Assembly (NCBI GenBank): GCA_964473825.1
Contig: CAYYQL010000005.1
Coordinates: 1-64,000 of the forward strand
Source of the DNA: an uncultured archaeon
GTDB taxonomy: Archaea; Asgardarchaeota; Thorarchaeia; Thorarchaeales; Thorarchaeaceae
Length of the DNA stretch: 64,000 bases
Direction: 5' to 3'
The translations under genes and the position numbers were made by a program. Positions 49,022-59,035 of the stretch are shown one piece after another. The first letter of the stretch is position 1. Each line of letters begins with the position of its first letter. The notes under the pieces were generated by a model. It did not search any database. It was not told the origin of the DNA and worked only from the letters and a program-made list of their open reading frames with translations.

Positions 49022-49811
49022 GAATTCGAATGTTGACTTCTTCGACTATCTCGAAATCTTCAGCGTCGGGTATAATCCCTCGGAGCTTCACTAGGTCTGT
49101 TCCCTGATAGTTCTGTTCAGCTAGGATTGCCAACTGTGTTCTTATTTCCTGAGTCCAGTCTCTGAGAAGCCTCTCAAGAGTCTCGACGATTGGAGCTGTC
49201 AGTCGCTCATTGCGGTTCACGAGTACCCCCACAAACACAACTGCAGTCATGAATAGACTGATGTCAAACAAGAGAAAAGCCAAGCCCGTTTCTTGCCCCA
49301 TTTCCTCTGTAGCTCGGACAGCGTCGGGCATTTCTTCTGCATCCGTCAAATCTAGATGTTCAAAGGCCTTCTTCAGTTCTTGGATGCTATTCTTCTTCAT
49401 GTTGTCGGGTATCTGTGGCCACTGTTTGATTCCAGCAGAAAAGAGACTGAGAAGGATAGCAAGGCTTCGAAGAGCATAGGCCATGTTCGCAGCCAGGACA
49501 GGGCTGTAGAGTCCTTCAGCCGCATCAAGAAAACTCTCTTTTCGGAAATCTTCAATGGATGCTTTCAGTTTCGATAGGGATCTCTCAGCCTGTCTGTGCG
49601 CCTCATCCAGATCAGCCAAGACTATGTCGAATGAATCACGCAGTTCCTTTCGAACTAGCTGCTTGAGTACGTGGCCAATCCGGCCATCTCTCACCTCTTC
49701 AAGCAACTTGCGAAAGTCCTCATTTCCTTCGGGGTAGTCGGTGACGACAATCGGGGGAACAAACATGGGAATTGACACTCTCTTTTCCCTCCGTTCACTA
49801 ATAAGGGACAC
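49002..49811 (-). CDS. All-helical hypothetical protein in antitoxin position
   Basis: 269-aa ORF directly upstream of the PemK gene; acidic C-terminal tail. Confidence 0.6.
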   Translation of the reverse strand: MSLISERREKRVSIPMFVPPIVVTDYPEGNEDFRKLLEEVRDGRIGHVLKQLVRKELRDSFDIVLADLDEAHRQAERSLSKLKASIEDFRKESFLDAAEGLYSPVLAANMAYALRSLAILLSLFSAGIKQWPQIPDNMKKNSIQELKKAFEHLDLTDAEEMPDAVRATEEMGQETGLAFLLFDISLFMTAVVFVGVLVNRNERLTAPIVETLERLLRDWTQEIRTQLAILAEQNYQGTDLVKLRGIIPDAEDFEIVEEVNIRIHDDGLE

Positions 49812-49975
49812 TGGGAACTCACAGCGACACGGAAATGAGCGTTCTCTTTGTATAAAGCGTTATGGTTTGTGTATTAGCTGGCACCCCCAGCGTAGGGATG
49901 ATAAGCCTGCGCTGTGATGCCATTTATTTGTGATAAACACCCTCTGAAATCGCTGGCTTGGAGAACCTGCTTCTG

Positions 49976-50590
49976 TCATGAAGCCAGAATGGGGCTACCC
50001 GCCATGTAATCAGGAATCTCGATCCCCATGTATCTCAGAATTGTCGGACAGATATCCAGTATTCTCTGAGAGGCCTCTTTCGGTGTTGATTGGTCCGGAA
50101 AATGGGCAAGATAGATACCGTCCCAGTCATGAACCGCGTCGTCGGGGCCGATCTCATTCTCATAGTAGTACATCGATTCGTGGCCCATACCGCTCGATGC
50201 CCGCCATGCCAGACTGTCGAAGTATACCATGAGGTCTGGATAGTCACCCTGGCAGTCCTCGTAGATGTCCTCAGGTTTGTCAACCGTCACGTCCCAGTTC
50301 TGACCGTCGGGACCAGGTATGTTCAGAATCTTCTCAGCGAGCTGGTCACGGAAATGCTCATACTCCTCCGGTGGGACTATGCCGTGACGCTCGTATCCCT
50401 CCACATTGATGAAGATGCGGGAGTAGTAACCGCCCCACGCCCAGGCCTTCGTATCCCTCCAGTCGATCTCCAGATCGTCGAACTCGGTGGGACCAGAGGG
50501 GTGCTTCTTGAGGGTGAGAAGGCCCTCTTCTTCGAGCCACTGGTTAACGCAGAACGCGCCCCGTCTCGTCTTTGCACCATGGTTCGGAAC
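49976..50590 (-). pseudogene. 5'-truncated paralog of the alkaline-phosphatase-superfamily gene at 56509-57900
   Basis: Offset 6533; 50217-50545 identical to 56750-57078; diverged C-terminal ~40 aa; lacks the N-terminal catalytic half. Confidence 0.88.
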
Positions 50591-50599
50591 CACCCGACA

Positions 50600-50964
50600 T
50601 GTATGTGGTGCATCGAGAACCTGGTTCCCATAAGAACCATGGAGCCCGATGATTGGGTGTTCATAACCTACATTAACTGGATACTGAGGGCCCGGGTGAA
50701 CTGCACAGGATACTGGCAGAGATGAGAATGGAATAGGAGGGAGAGAGTGTTGACATCGATGACACCGTCGATTCCACAACCAGAGAGGACAGCGCGGTGG
50801 TGACGGGGCGGAATCCCCTCACAGACTGGAAACAACAACTGTCAGAGGAGCAGATTGCACCGGTGATTGAGATTGTTGACGAGTTTGGGCTCTCCAGCCT
50901 GTATGGACGAGAAACCATGCCCCGGATTCAGCACTTTACGCCTACCAGTGAGATACCGTCCTGA
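50600..50964 (+). pseudogene. PAPS-dependent sulfotransferase C-terminal remnant
   Basis: MWCIENLVPI...WVFITY, then after a frameshift and stop ELHRIL...STT...PLTDWKQQLSEEQI...IVDEFGL..LY. Confidence 0.6.
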
Positions 50965-51309
50965 GTGAAATCGAGGGGAGAGCGCACTATGGATATAGCC
51001 TGGCTTAAGGAGGAAGTGTCAATGACTCGGTATGGAGAGCTCTCGCTTTCTTGGACTGCAAGATCCAATTCATCGGCAATTGTCTAGTCGACAAACTTCA
51101 TCTTAGCAGCAACAAGACGGCCTTGGGAGAGCTCGAGGTCCTTATGGACAGAGGAAGTCCAGAGAAATCTCAATCACCATCTGAGTGGGGGCATGGCGCA
51201 TCGATTACATACACGTCTGTAGGCTCTATGTGCTAATAACCCATAATAGGGAGGCACAAGTATAGACATTATCTCTTTGAGAACATATCCGATAAGTGAG
51301 GGTGAAATA

Positions 51310-52914
51310 TTGGCAAAGCGTTTTGAAAGGGCACTAGTGATGAAGAGTGCCGTGATACGTGATGAGGAGTGCGTAGAAGGCGAAGAAGAGGCGCTGATTC
51401 TGTTTGCAGAAGCGCTCAGACGGTCTATGTCAAAATACGCAAGAACAGTGAAGCGATGCAAGAGATATGCAGCTGTGGCCTTCGTTGAGGCTGTTGTCGT
51501 AGCAGCTGCGCTACTGCTACTGACACAGGGTGATATTTCCATGCTGATGTATACTGCAATCTTGTCCGCCCTCTCTCTTGCTCTGGGTTTCTATTTGCTC
51601 TGGAAGAGTAGGAGGCTCAGGCCTGAGTACAAGATCAGGAGTATTGAACGGATGGAGTATCCGATTGCGTTGTATCGAGAGGAAGACGGACGTTTCATCG
51701 TCTTCGATGCAGGTGGAGCTGCGGCTCAGAAGGAATATTCTTTTCCTGCAATCAAAGACACGGATCGGCTCGGCAACTCGGTGGTTCAGATTCGGAATCA
51801 GATGAAGCGTTACTGGGACTTGCTCGACATGGGAGGATTCCAGCAGGCAGAGACTCTCAGGGCAATGCCGGACTTTGGTGAGGTCACGGCTTCAGGAAAG
51901 ATAGAACAGATTGTTGAGATTCCAATGGGCGGCCTCGTCGATTCCATGGATGAAACCAACATCGAGCGAACTCGAATGAGGGCACCCGTGATAGAACGTG
52001 ACGATCCAGTTATTGATGAGATAGAGTCACTGGCATGTTTTGCTGCGTTGGAAACCAATCTTCCCACAGAAGAACGTGACATGGGGATTCTAGTCGATCG
52101 AGGACTCTGCATGGAAATATCTCCTGAAGATTTGATGAAACAAGCACGAAGTTTCAGGAAATGGTCTAAGGAGGCCCTAGAGCAAGATATCATGACACTG
52201 GTGAAAGATGTAGTGGTCGAATTAGATGAGGAATTCTCTGAGCTCAGACATATCCTCATGTCCACACCAGCTCTGATTGAAGCCACCCTGCCATATTCAG
52301 TAAGCCTCCATGAGGATTTCATGTATTTCCACTTCTGCCCACAGTGTCGTCTGTCAGACTTGGAAGAGGCAGAGAGAGAGACCGATTTCAGAAGATGGGT
52401 AAACGAGAAGATACTCGGTAACGCCCTTGATGATACAGATCTTGTGCATCCACATACATATGGCGATCCAGATACAGTCGAAAGAATCCGAGAACGTATC
52501 GAGGCAACGATTAGGTCCAATCTTCCCTTAGCAGACCCGGTCTTCCCCGTTATCCTTGCAGACCTCAGAGAGTTGACGATGGACGAGCTTGGGAGCTATC
52601 ACTGCGAAGTATGCGGCCTCCAAGGAGAAGGCATCAAGGTGCCTAGGTCAGTGCATCCACTGGCATCTGCATACCTGCTCAATCTCAGAGAACAGGCTAA
52701 ACACATTCAGAAGAAATCCGACGTCATCATCAGAAACGTGCATGATGTGATTATGAACAAGGAATCGAAACTGGTTTCTCTTGGAGCGTATGAACAGAGC
52801 GTTCAACAGGCCGAACAGAGTAAATTGACAGTCAAAGGAGACCTCGATGCTGCAAACGAGGTCGAGAAGGTAGTGAGGGCATTCGAGAAGTCTGCCGAAA
52901 GAGGGAGGCGATAG
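51310..52914 (+). CDS. Hypothetical 2-TM protein with split Zn ribbon and C-terminal coiled coil
   Basis: GAGGGTGA RBS before TTG 51310; two TMs; FCPQC...HCEVC; heptad-rich tail. Confidence 0.75.
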   Translation: MAKRFERALVMKSAVIRDEECVEGEEEALILFAEALRRSMSKYARTVKRCKRYAAVAFVEAVVVAAALLLLTQGDISMLMYTAILSALSLALGFYLLWKSRRLRPEYKIRSIERMEYPIALYREEDGRFIVFDAGGAAAQKEYSFPAIKDTDRLGNSVVQIRNQMKRYWDLLDMGGFQQAETLRAMPDFGEVTASGKIEQIVEIPMGGLVDSMDETNIERTRMRAPVIERDDPVIDEIESLACFAALETNLPTEERDMGILVDRGLCMEISPEDLMKQARSFRKWSKEALEQDIMTLVKDVVVELDEEFSELRHILMSTPALIEATLPYSVSLHEDFMYFHFCPQCRLSDLEEAERETDFRRWVNEKILGNALDDTDLVHPHTYGDPDTVERIRERIEATIRSNLPLADPVFPVILADLRELTMDELGSYHCEVCGLQGEGIKVPRSVHPLASAYLLNLREQAKHIQKKSDVIIRNVHDVIMNKESKLVSLGAYEQSVQQAEQSKLTVKGDLDAANEVEKVVRAFEKSAERGRR

Positions 52915-52915
52915 C

Positions 52916-53938
52916 ATGAGTCAGTATGATGAGATTGCTAGGGTAACGCACTTGATTGATAGGCAGACCTCAATCCTCGCGGAAATCAGGGATGAACTAA
53001 GAAGGCAGACAGATGAGCTAGGAGAGGGATTTGGACACTTGGGGAGGGCCTTGGAGTGGGTTGAACAGGAGATACGCCTTCTCAAGAACGCCACCCTGAG
53101 CATCGAGAAAGCAAAGGCAGAAGCGATTATCGATACAAAGAGGGAACAAATGGAGAGTGCAGTGAGAATCTGGTCAAGAGCAAAAGAACGATTTGCTTCA
53201 CAGTACCGGAAAGTGATTGCCGACTACGTGAAGGGTCTTGAAGACAATGTCCACCGATTCACCCGATTGGTTTCTGACGAGCTGTCCCCCATGTTCAAGA
53301 TCAACGAGGGGGCTAGCGACTTTCAACAGATAATCGAAGAAATGCGTCCCAAAGCCATTGACAACCTCCGAACTGAAACGGCTGTCAACATGTCAGGGAT
53401 GAAGGGATCAGAACTGATGGATAGGTACAAAAGTGCCAGAGAGAGCCTCACTCGGTTCTATAATGAGCGCAAAGCGCTTGTCGACAGAATCGAAGCGGCA
53501 AAGTCTGTGATTGAATTCGACCTGAACCAGCAGATTGCGCCGGGGGAAACGGTTCTCTTCAGAATACCATTCTATGCAGTCACATTTGAGGACGCAAACG
53601 GTAATCTCGTCAGGGAACTCATTGGCCCGAGCAATGCCGTTTCCACGGAAGATGGCGATAATGAACTTATTCCAAAGCTACTGGAACCTCTAGCTCCGAG
53701 TCTCAAAGAAATGGTTGCTGAATCACCAGCCTTCGACATAGACCGAATGATTGGTAGTATACGGCCGACTGGGGGAATTCCTGAGAGTGCTCAATCTGCA
53801 GTTAGCAATGTTGCTCGCTATTTGACATATGCAGGCATGAGTAAGGATCTAGCAGAGGAGATCCAGCAATTCTATGGGCCGGACTGCAGAGATTGGCAAC
53901 CTGAAGCAGAGCACACGCAGGGAGATGATGAAGTGTGA
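52916..53938 (+). CDS. Hypothetical coiled-coil protein with C-terminal alpha/beta domain
   Basis: About 200 aa helical/heptad region then FRIPFYAVTFED; starts 1 nt after the previous stop. Confidence 0.75.
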   Translation: MSQYDEIARVTHLIDRQTSILAEIRDELRRQTDELGEGFGHLGRALEWVEQEIRLLKNATLSIEKAKAEAIIDTKREQMESAVRIWSRAKERFASQYRKVIADYVKGLEDNVHRFTRLVSDELSPMFKINEGASDFQQIIEEMRPKAIDNLRTETAVNMSGMKGSELMDRYKSARESLTRFYNERKALVDRIEAAKSVIEFDLNQQIAPGETVLFRIPFYAVTFEDANGNLVRELIGPSNAVSTEDGDNELIPKLLEPLAPSLKEMVAESPAFDIDRMIGSIRPTGGIPESAQSAVSNVARYLTYAGMSKDLAEEIQQFYGPDCRDWQPEAEHTQGDDEV

Positions 53939-55152
53939 GGAATTCGTTCGTGTCAACAGAACCCGGCGCTCATATCGATGATGTAGAGAACAAGATCCTG
54001 CTAGACGGCAAGTACTACGGAATAGGGGCAGTTTCTGGTTACAACGAAGTCCTTGTCGATGATGGAGCCCGACAGGGCAATTCAATACATGCCTGGCGTA
54101 GGATTGTTATCAACTCCGGGGCGGCCGTTCATGGCAGCGTCTACAGTGATGAGGATATCATAATCAGAAGTGGAAAGGGCAAACAATCAGAATGCTCTGC
54201 TGTCCTGATTGGAGATGTTCTTGCAAGGAATAGACTGGAGGTGGAGCCTCCCACCAAGCAAGATGAGTCGGGTCCGGTAGTTATCTTGGGGAATGTCTAC
54301 GCCAAAGAAATCCATGTGGGCGGTGAATTGTTCGTGCAGGGGAATGTCTACGCCACAAATAGCATGACTGTGAAATCGCCCACCTTCATCGCGGGAAGGC
54401 TGAAAATCGGAAGAGCTCAGTTTGAGAATGCTCACGGCAAGAGAATCTCAATAAAGGGAAAGGGCGAGCTGTCGTCTACCACGGCCTTCGGAGTGATATG
54501 TTACGGGGATCTGGAACTCCATCGAGGCATTTCAGTCCTGGAACCAATGGTCATTGCTAGAAACGGCGATGTGTTCATGAAAGATGAAGAAAGAGTTCGC
54601 GTAGTATCTGAGATGTGTCTTAGCTGTCAGGATTGCGAGGCTGACCCATTCATGTGTCGCGAGTATCTACGGGGGCGATGCAGGAAGTTCGAGTATCTCA
54701 TGGCAGAGGATGCGTCGAAATACAAGAACACAACCACACTCTCATGGTACTGGCGAGCTGGCCCGGGAATGCTAGGCCACCATTACAGCATCCATAAGCT
54801 GTACGAGAGAGCTTTGAAGCGATTCGATAGCTCTGCATTCAGACAAGATGGTATCGCATCAATCAGTTTTGAGAATGCATATGAAGACACTATCGCGGCA
54901 CTTGTGGAAATCGATACATCAAGAGATGCCAAGGCAAGGTGGTTCGCCTCGAAAGTTACCGCCGCAGGCAATCTCCCCGGAGAGAGCTACTACAGGCTGC
55001 TACAGAAGATGCTACCCGGCCCGCCAACAGATGAGGAGGTTCAACTGCGGAAAGTGAAACCACAAGAGATTGAGGAAACCAAGGCAATCGAAACATTCCT
55101 TGAGAATCTGGATGACGGAAACCTGCTGCCAGATCCTGAAGAAGAGCAGTAA
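53935..55152 (+). CDS. Bactofilin/COG4801-like beta-solenoid protein with Cys cluster
   Basis: Repeats QGNSIHA, HGSVYS, IGDVLA, LGNVYA, QGNVYA, AGRLKI; CLSCQDC...C...C; GTGA overlap with upstream gene. Confidence 0.65.
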   Translation: MRNSFVSTEPGAHIDDVENKILLDGKYYGIGAVSGYNEVLVDDGARQGNSIHAWRRIVINSGAAVHGSVYSDEDIIIRSGKGKQSECSAVLIGDVLARNRLEVEPPTKQDESGPVVILGNVYAKEIHVGGELFVQGNVYATNSMTVKSPTFIAGRLKIGRAQFENAHGKRISIKGKGELSSTTAFGVICYGDLELHRGISVLEPMVIARNGDVFMKDEERVRVVSEMCLSCQDCEADPFMCREYLRGRCRKFEYLMAEDASKYKNTTTLSWYWRAGPGMLGHHYSIHKLYERALKRFDSSAFRQDGIASISFENAYEDTIAALVEIDTSRDAKARWFASKVTAAGNLPGESYYRLLQKMLPGPPTDEEVQLRKVKPQEIEETKAIETFLENLDDGNLLPDPEEEQ

Positions 55153-55206
55153 CTCCAAGAGGAATCTGATACATGAACAGATGATGGCCAATGAAGTATT
55201 CAGGAC

Positions 55207-56265
55207 GTGTCTAGCATGAACTGGGACATCCAGGAAGAGATAGCTCTGACCGGACACAAGAGTGCTGTTCATGATGTCTGCTTTCTGAATGGCTCCGAGA
55301 AACTGATATCCGCTTCTGAGATGGGAGTGGTACGCCTGTGGCGCATCACAGACTCGAAGACCCTCTTGTCGCGACGCCTTCACAGCGACACTATCTATGA
55401 CCTGAGCGTGAGCCCGGGCGGTGGTGAAATGGCCACTATCTCAGCAGATAGGACGCTCTCTGTGTGGGACTTGTCCGATGAGTCATCCCACCCCGTATCT
55501 CAAGTACTGGATTCGACCGCATACTGCCTAGAACACTTGAGAGATGATACGCTAGCAATGGGCATGGACAATGGGTGTATTGTACTCCGGGACATTCCAG
55601 GATGCCACGTGAATCAGGTTTCACATGCCCATGAGGACGCAGTCAATGATATGCAATGCAGCCCCAGTGGTGAGTTCTTGGTTTCCGCATCTAGAAATGG
55701 AGAGGTCAGTCTCTGGGCAACCCCGGAACTGCAACTCTACCGGAGATTTCACGGGGCAGAAACTCCGGTGAAATGTGTCGACTTCAGTGCAGATGGCGTC
55801 ACCGTGGCCGCCGGAGATGAAGAGGGCAGAGTTCTATTGTGGGATGCACATATGTCAAGTCCAATCGCATGCCTTGAAACCTGCAATGAGTCAATTGCAG
55901 ACATTAAGTTCCATCCTAGTGGACGTCTGCTGCTCGTTCTTGGTTCATCAGGATTCCTCTATACCAGGGACATAACCAGTACTGATAGTGCTGAAATAGA
56001 TGTATGCGGCGAGGGAGCGAACTGCCTATCTATCAGTTCCGATGGACGTCTGGTCGCAGTGGGGTGCGGCGATTCAAGCATCAGACTTCTGGCACTGTGG
56101 CCTGAGAAGGTCCAAGCAGAGGGTCACCTGAAGAGGCATGTATCCTGGACATGCCGGTACTGCTTTGCCCCCCTTACGGTGAGAGATGTGGAAAGACTGA
56201 AAGCAAATCAACCCGTTTCTTGCTGCTACTGCGGTCGGACTCTCACCTTGGAGCTATACGAGTAG
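55207..56265 (+). CDS. WD40 beta-propeller with C-terminal Zn ribbon
   Basis: About 7 GH/AH...WD-type repeats; CRYC...CCYCG. Confidence 0.9.
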   Translation: MSSMNWDIQEEIALTGHKSAVHDVCFLNGSEKLISASEMGVVRLWRITDSKTLLSRRLHSDTIYDLSVSPGGGEMATISADRTLSVWDLSDESSHPVSQVLDSTAYCLEHLRDDTLAMGMDNGCIVLRDIPGCHVNQVSHAHEDAVNDMQCSPSGEFLVSASRNGEVSLWATPELQLYRRFHGAETPVKCVDFSADGVTVAAGDEEGRVLLWDAHMSSPIACLETCNESIADIKFHPSGRLLLVLGSSGFLYTRDITSTDSAEIDVCGEGANCLSISSDGRLVAVGCGDSSIRLLALWPEKVQAEGHLKRHVSWTCRYCFAPLTVRDVERLKANQPVSCCYCGRTLTLELYE

Positions 56266-56508
56266 ACTTGGCTGCAGACGCCTTGAGAACGCGTCCTCGT
56301 AACCATTTTGGAACAGCCGAGTACCCTTCATTAGACACACAAAGGGAACGATGTCTGCAGTCTTTGATTATATCTCAGGCCGGAAACTATGATCCTTCGC
56401 ACGAGTCCTAACCCGTATCAGGCGGGAATCTCCCATGCGTTAGATTGCTGTCAATCATCACGAAACACTCAGACAGGTGTGCATCTCGTCAGAGGCACGC
56501 GGTCCGTT

Positions 56509-57900
56509 TTACGTTGGCGCGATTGCTTCACCCTTTGCGTAACCCGGAATATTCGAGCCCATGAACCTCAGAATGGTGGGGAAGATGTCGAGTATGCTCC
56601 TGCGTTCAACCTTGGACTCTGTCTGACCCGGAAAATGGGCTAGATAGATACCGTCCCAGTCATGAACCGCATCGTCGGGGCCGATCTCATTCTCATAGTA
56701 GTACATCAATTCGTGGCCCATACTGCTCGACGCGCGCCACGCCAGACTATCGAAGTATACCATGAGGTCTGGATAGTCACCCTGGCAGTCCTCGTAGATG
56801 TCCTCAGGTTTGTCAACCGTCACGTCCCAGTTCTGACCGTCGGGACCAGGTATGTTCAGAATCTTCTCAGCGAGCTGGTCACGGAAATGCTCATACTCCT
56901 CCGGTGGGACTATGCCGTGACGCTCGTATCCCTCCACATTGATGAAGATGCGGGAGTAGTAACCGCCCCACGCCCAGGCCTTCGTATCCCTCCAGTCGAT
57001 CTCCAGATCGTCGAACTCGGTGGGACCAGAGGGGTGCTTCTTGAGGGTGAGAAGGCCCTCTTCTTCGAGCCACTGGTTGACGCAGATAGCTCCCTTCCTC
57101 GCCTTTGCTCCATGGTCGGAAACCAGCATGATGAGACAGTCCTCAGGAGCGAGTTCAATCATCTCACCCAGCTGTCGGTCCATCAGCCGGTAATACTCTC
57201 TGAAGCGTTCCTCGTAGGCGTTGCCCGCCTCGTATAGATGATGGGTCTTGTCGTAGTACTTCCAGAAGCCGTGATGAAGACGGTCAGTACCCACCTCCAT
57301 GAGCCCAAAAAAGTCCCATTCCTTGTTCTTGAGGATGTGCTTGGCAACTTCATGCCGCTTGCTCGTCATTCTGAAGAGATCTTCGAAGAGCCGCTTCTTG
57401 TCCTCGGTCCTGTAGAAGACATCAAGCATGTAATCTCCGACAATCTCTGCAATCTCCCCCGCGAAGGAAGCCGGATAGGTGTATTCTTGTGATGTATCAG
57501 GCGTGATGAACCCGGACACGAGAATGCCGTTCACACTCTGCGGGGGATAGGTGGGTGGAAAGCCAATCACAGCGACCTTGTAGCCTTGATCACCAAGGAG
57601 ATCCCATAGCCTAGGTAGCCGTATTTTCGTAGAGTCGGGAATCCATACTCGCCTGTAATCGCCTGCCTGCCGATGTCTGAAACCGTACATGCCAAGCTGA
57701 CCGGGGTCTGCACCTGTCACCATAGACATCCAAGCAGGTATGGTGATAGGCGGCTTCGTGCTCCTGAGGGGGCCATAGGTGCTCTTCTGCATCAACTCCT
57801 GCAGGTTCGGGAGCTCATCACGTATATTCTCGAACACAAGACCCGGAGGAACACCGTCCCAGCCTATCAACATGACCTTTTTCTTCTGAGATTCGGTCAC
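56509..57900 (-). CDS. Alkaline phosphatase superfamily (type I phosphodiesterase/nucleotide pyrophosphatase-like) protein
   Basis: IGWDG, STKPPITIPAW.SM.TG..PG..G.YGF, DRLHH, VSDHG, GPDDAVH. Confidence 0.88.
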   Translation of the reverse strand: MTESQKKKVMLIGWDGVPPGLVFENIRDELPNLQELMQKSTYGPLRSTKPPITIPAWMSMVTGADPGQLGMYGFRHRQAGDYRRVWIPDSTKIRLPRLWDLLGDQGYKVAVIGFPPTYPPQSVNGILVSGFITPDTSQEYTYPASFAGEIAEIVGDYMLDVFYRTEDKKRLFEDLFRMTSKRHEVAKHILKNKEWDFFGLMEVGTDRLHHGFWKYYDKTHHLYEAGNAYEERFREYYRLMDRQLGEMIELAPEDCLIMLVSDHGAKARKGAICVNQWLEEEGLLTLKKHPSGPTEFDDLEIDWRDTKAWAWGGYYSRIFINVEGYERHGIVPPEEYEHFRDQLAEKILNIPGPDGQNWDVTVDKPEDIYEDCQGDYPDLMVYFDSLAWRASSSMGHELMYYYENEIGPDDAVHDWDGIYLAHFPGQTESKVERRSILDIFPTILRFMGSNIPGYAKGEAIAPT

Positions 57901-57906
57901 TGGAAA

Positions 57907-58683
57907 TCACGTCCCCATAGTGAGCAACACCCACAGTAGCGTTAAGAGTCCGACTATAAGGGTCGAAACCGCAACAAGCGAACGAACGTGGTATTGCTCC
58001 AACTTAGCCGTCGTGAACGCAGAGAGTGGAGCCGCAAGTGCCGCACCGATAGTGATGGTGACAAGGAGGAATACATTCGTGATCCCAGTGATAACAAAAT
58101 GCAGGAGGAATCCCACAATACAGATGAGACCCTCCACGAAGCCCGTAATGGCAACTGCCGCCCTTGGAGGTATATCACTGAGAATCTGCCCGCTCACAGT
58201 CATAGGCCCATATCCACCACCAGATATCCCCTTGTTGAAGGCCGCAATGGAACCCACAAGGAGTAATCGTCTCCGAGAGTAGGTCATATGCCTGCCCCAA
58301 TTCGCTAGCATCAGGATGCCCATGGCACTCACCACGAGCGCGATGTAAATCTTGACAAAGAGAGCAGAGAGCGCTATGATGGTGAAGGTCGAGAGAATAA
58401 CTCCTGCCATCCCCGTGATGACGAGGATTCGGAATGAGGACTGCTCGATGCCGCTCTCGAGAAGATTGACATTCTCAAACTTGTGATGAAAGACCGAGCA
58501 CAATAGACCGGCCACAAACTGGCTGAACAGAAGGACAGGAACGAATTCTATCGGCAGGTAACCAATAATCAGAAGAATCGGTGAGAGGATTGTGCCGAAT
58601 CCCATCCCGAGAGTGGCATCAACGTATTCCAAGATAAAAGCCAGAACAATGAGAAACACAGCAGACTCTAACATCTCGATCAT
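57907..58683 (-). CDS. TauE/SafE (TSUP) sulfite/organosulfonate transporter
   Basis: DATLGMGFGTILSP, NKGISGGGYGP; about 8 TM. Confidence 0.88.
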   Translation of the reverse strand: MIEMLESAVFLIVLAFILEYVDATLGMGFGTILSPILLIIGYLPIEFVPVLLFSQFVAGLLCSVFHHKFENVNLLESGIEQSSFRILVITGMAGVILSTFTIIALSALFVKIYIALVVSAMGILMLANWGRHMTYSRRRLLLVGSIAAFNKGISGGGYGPMTVSGQILSDIPPRAAVAITGFVEGLICIVGFLLHFVITGITNVFLLVTITIGAALAAPLSAFTTAKLEQYHVRSLVAVSTLIVGLLTLLWVLLTMGT

Positions 58684-58781
58684 ACCACCTCTTCACTGTC
58701 TCAACACCTGAGTAACCACTCTGTTCCTATAGCCGATGTAGCTGAATCTAGGACAACTACATGTGATTGCATTGCATGCTC

Positions 58782-59018
58782 TCAGTCCAGATAGCCCAGT
58801 GCTTTCAGTCGGTCCTTAACCTTCTTCTCATCTTCTTCGGTGAAGGGATTGCTCTCCTCTTTCTCGGCCTGACTGGCTATGATCTCCCTCAAGACGTAGG
58901 TGACATAGCTTGACACCGACGTGAACCCCGTCCCCTTAATCTGATCCTCAATCTTGTTGAAGAGGGGAACCGGTATCGATACCGTTGTGAACTTGCCAGT
59001 TCGTTTCTTCTTACCCAA
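58782..59018 (-). CDS. CopG/ribbon-helix-helix regulator
   Basis: TTVSIPVPL..KI...I.GTGFTSVSSYV.YVLRE; tail EEDEKKVKDRLKALGYLD. Confidence 0.85.
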   Translation of the reverse strand: MGKKKRTGKFTTVSIPVPLFNKIEDQIKGTGFTSVSSYVTYVLREIIASQAEKEESNPFTEEDEKKVKDRLKALGYLD

Positions 59019-59035
59019 GTTGTCTTTCCTCCAAC

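Noticed and set aside
50591-50779. N-terminal part of the 267-aa ORF 49976-50779 as a real domain
   Set aside because: It is the antisense of the sulfotransferase remnant read across a deletion junction
49976-57120. Partial duplications as DGR template/variable repeats
   Set aside because: No RT in the window; differences are not adenine-specific and look like ordinary paralog divergence
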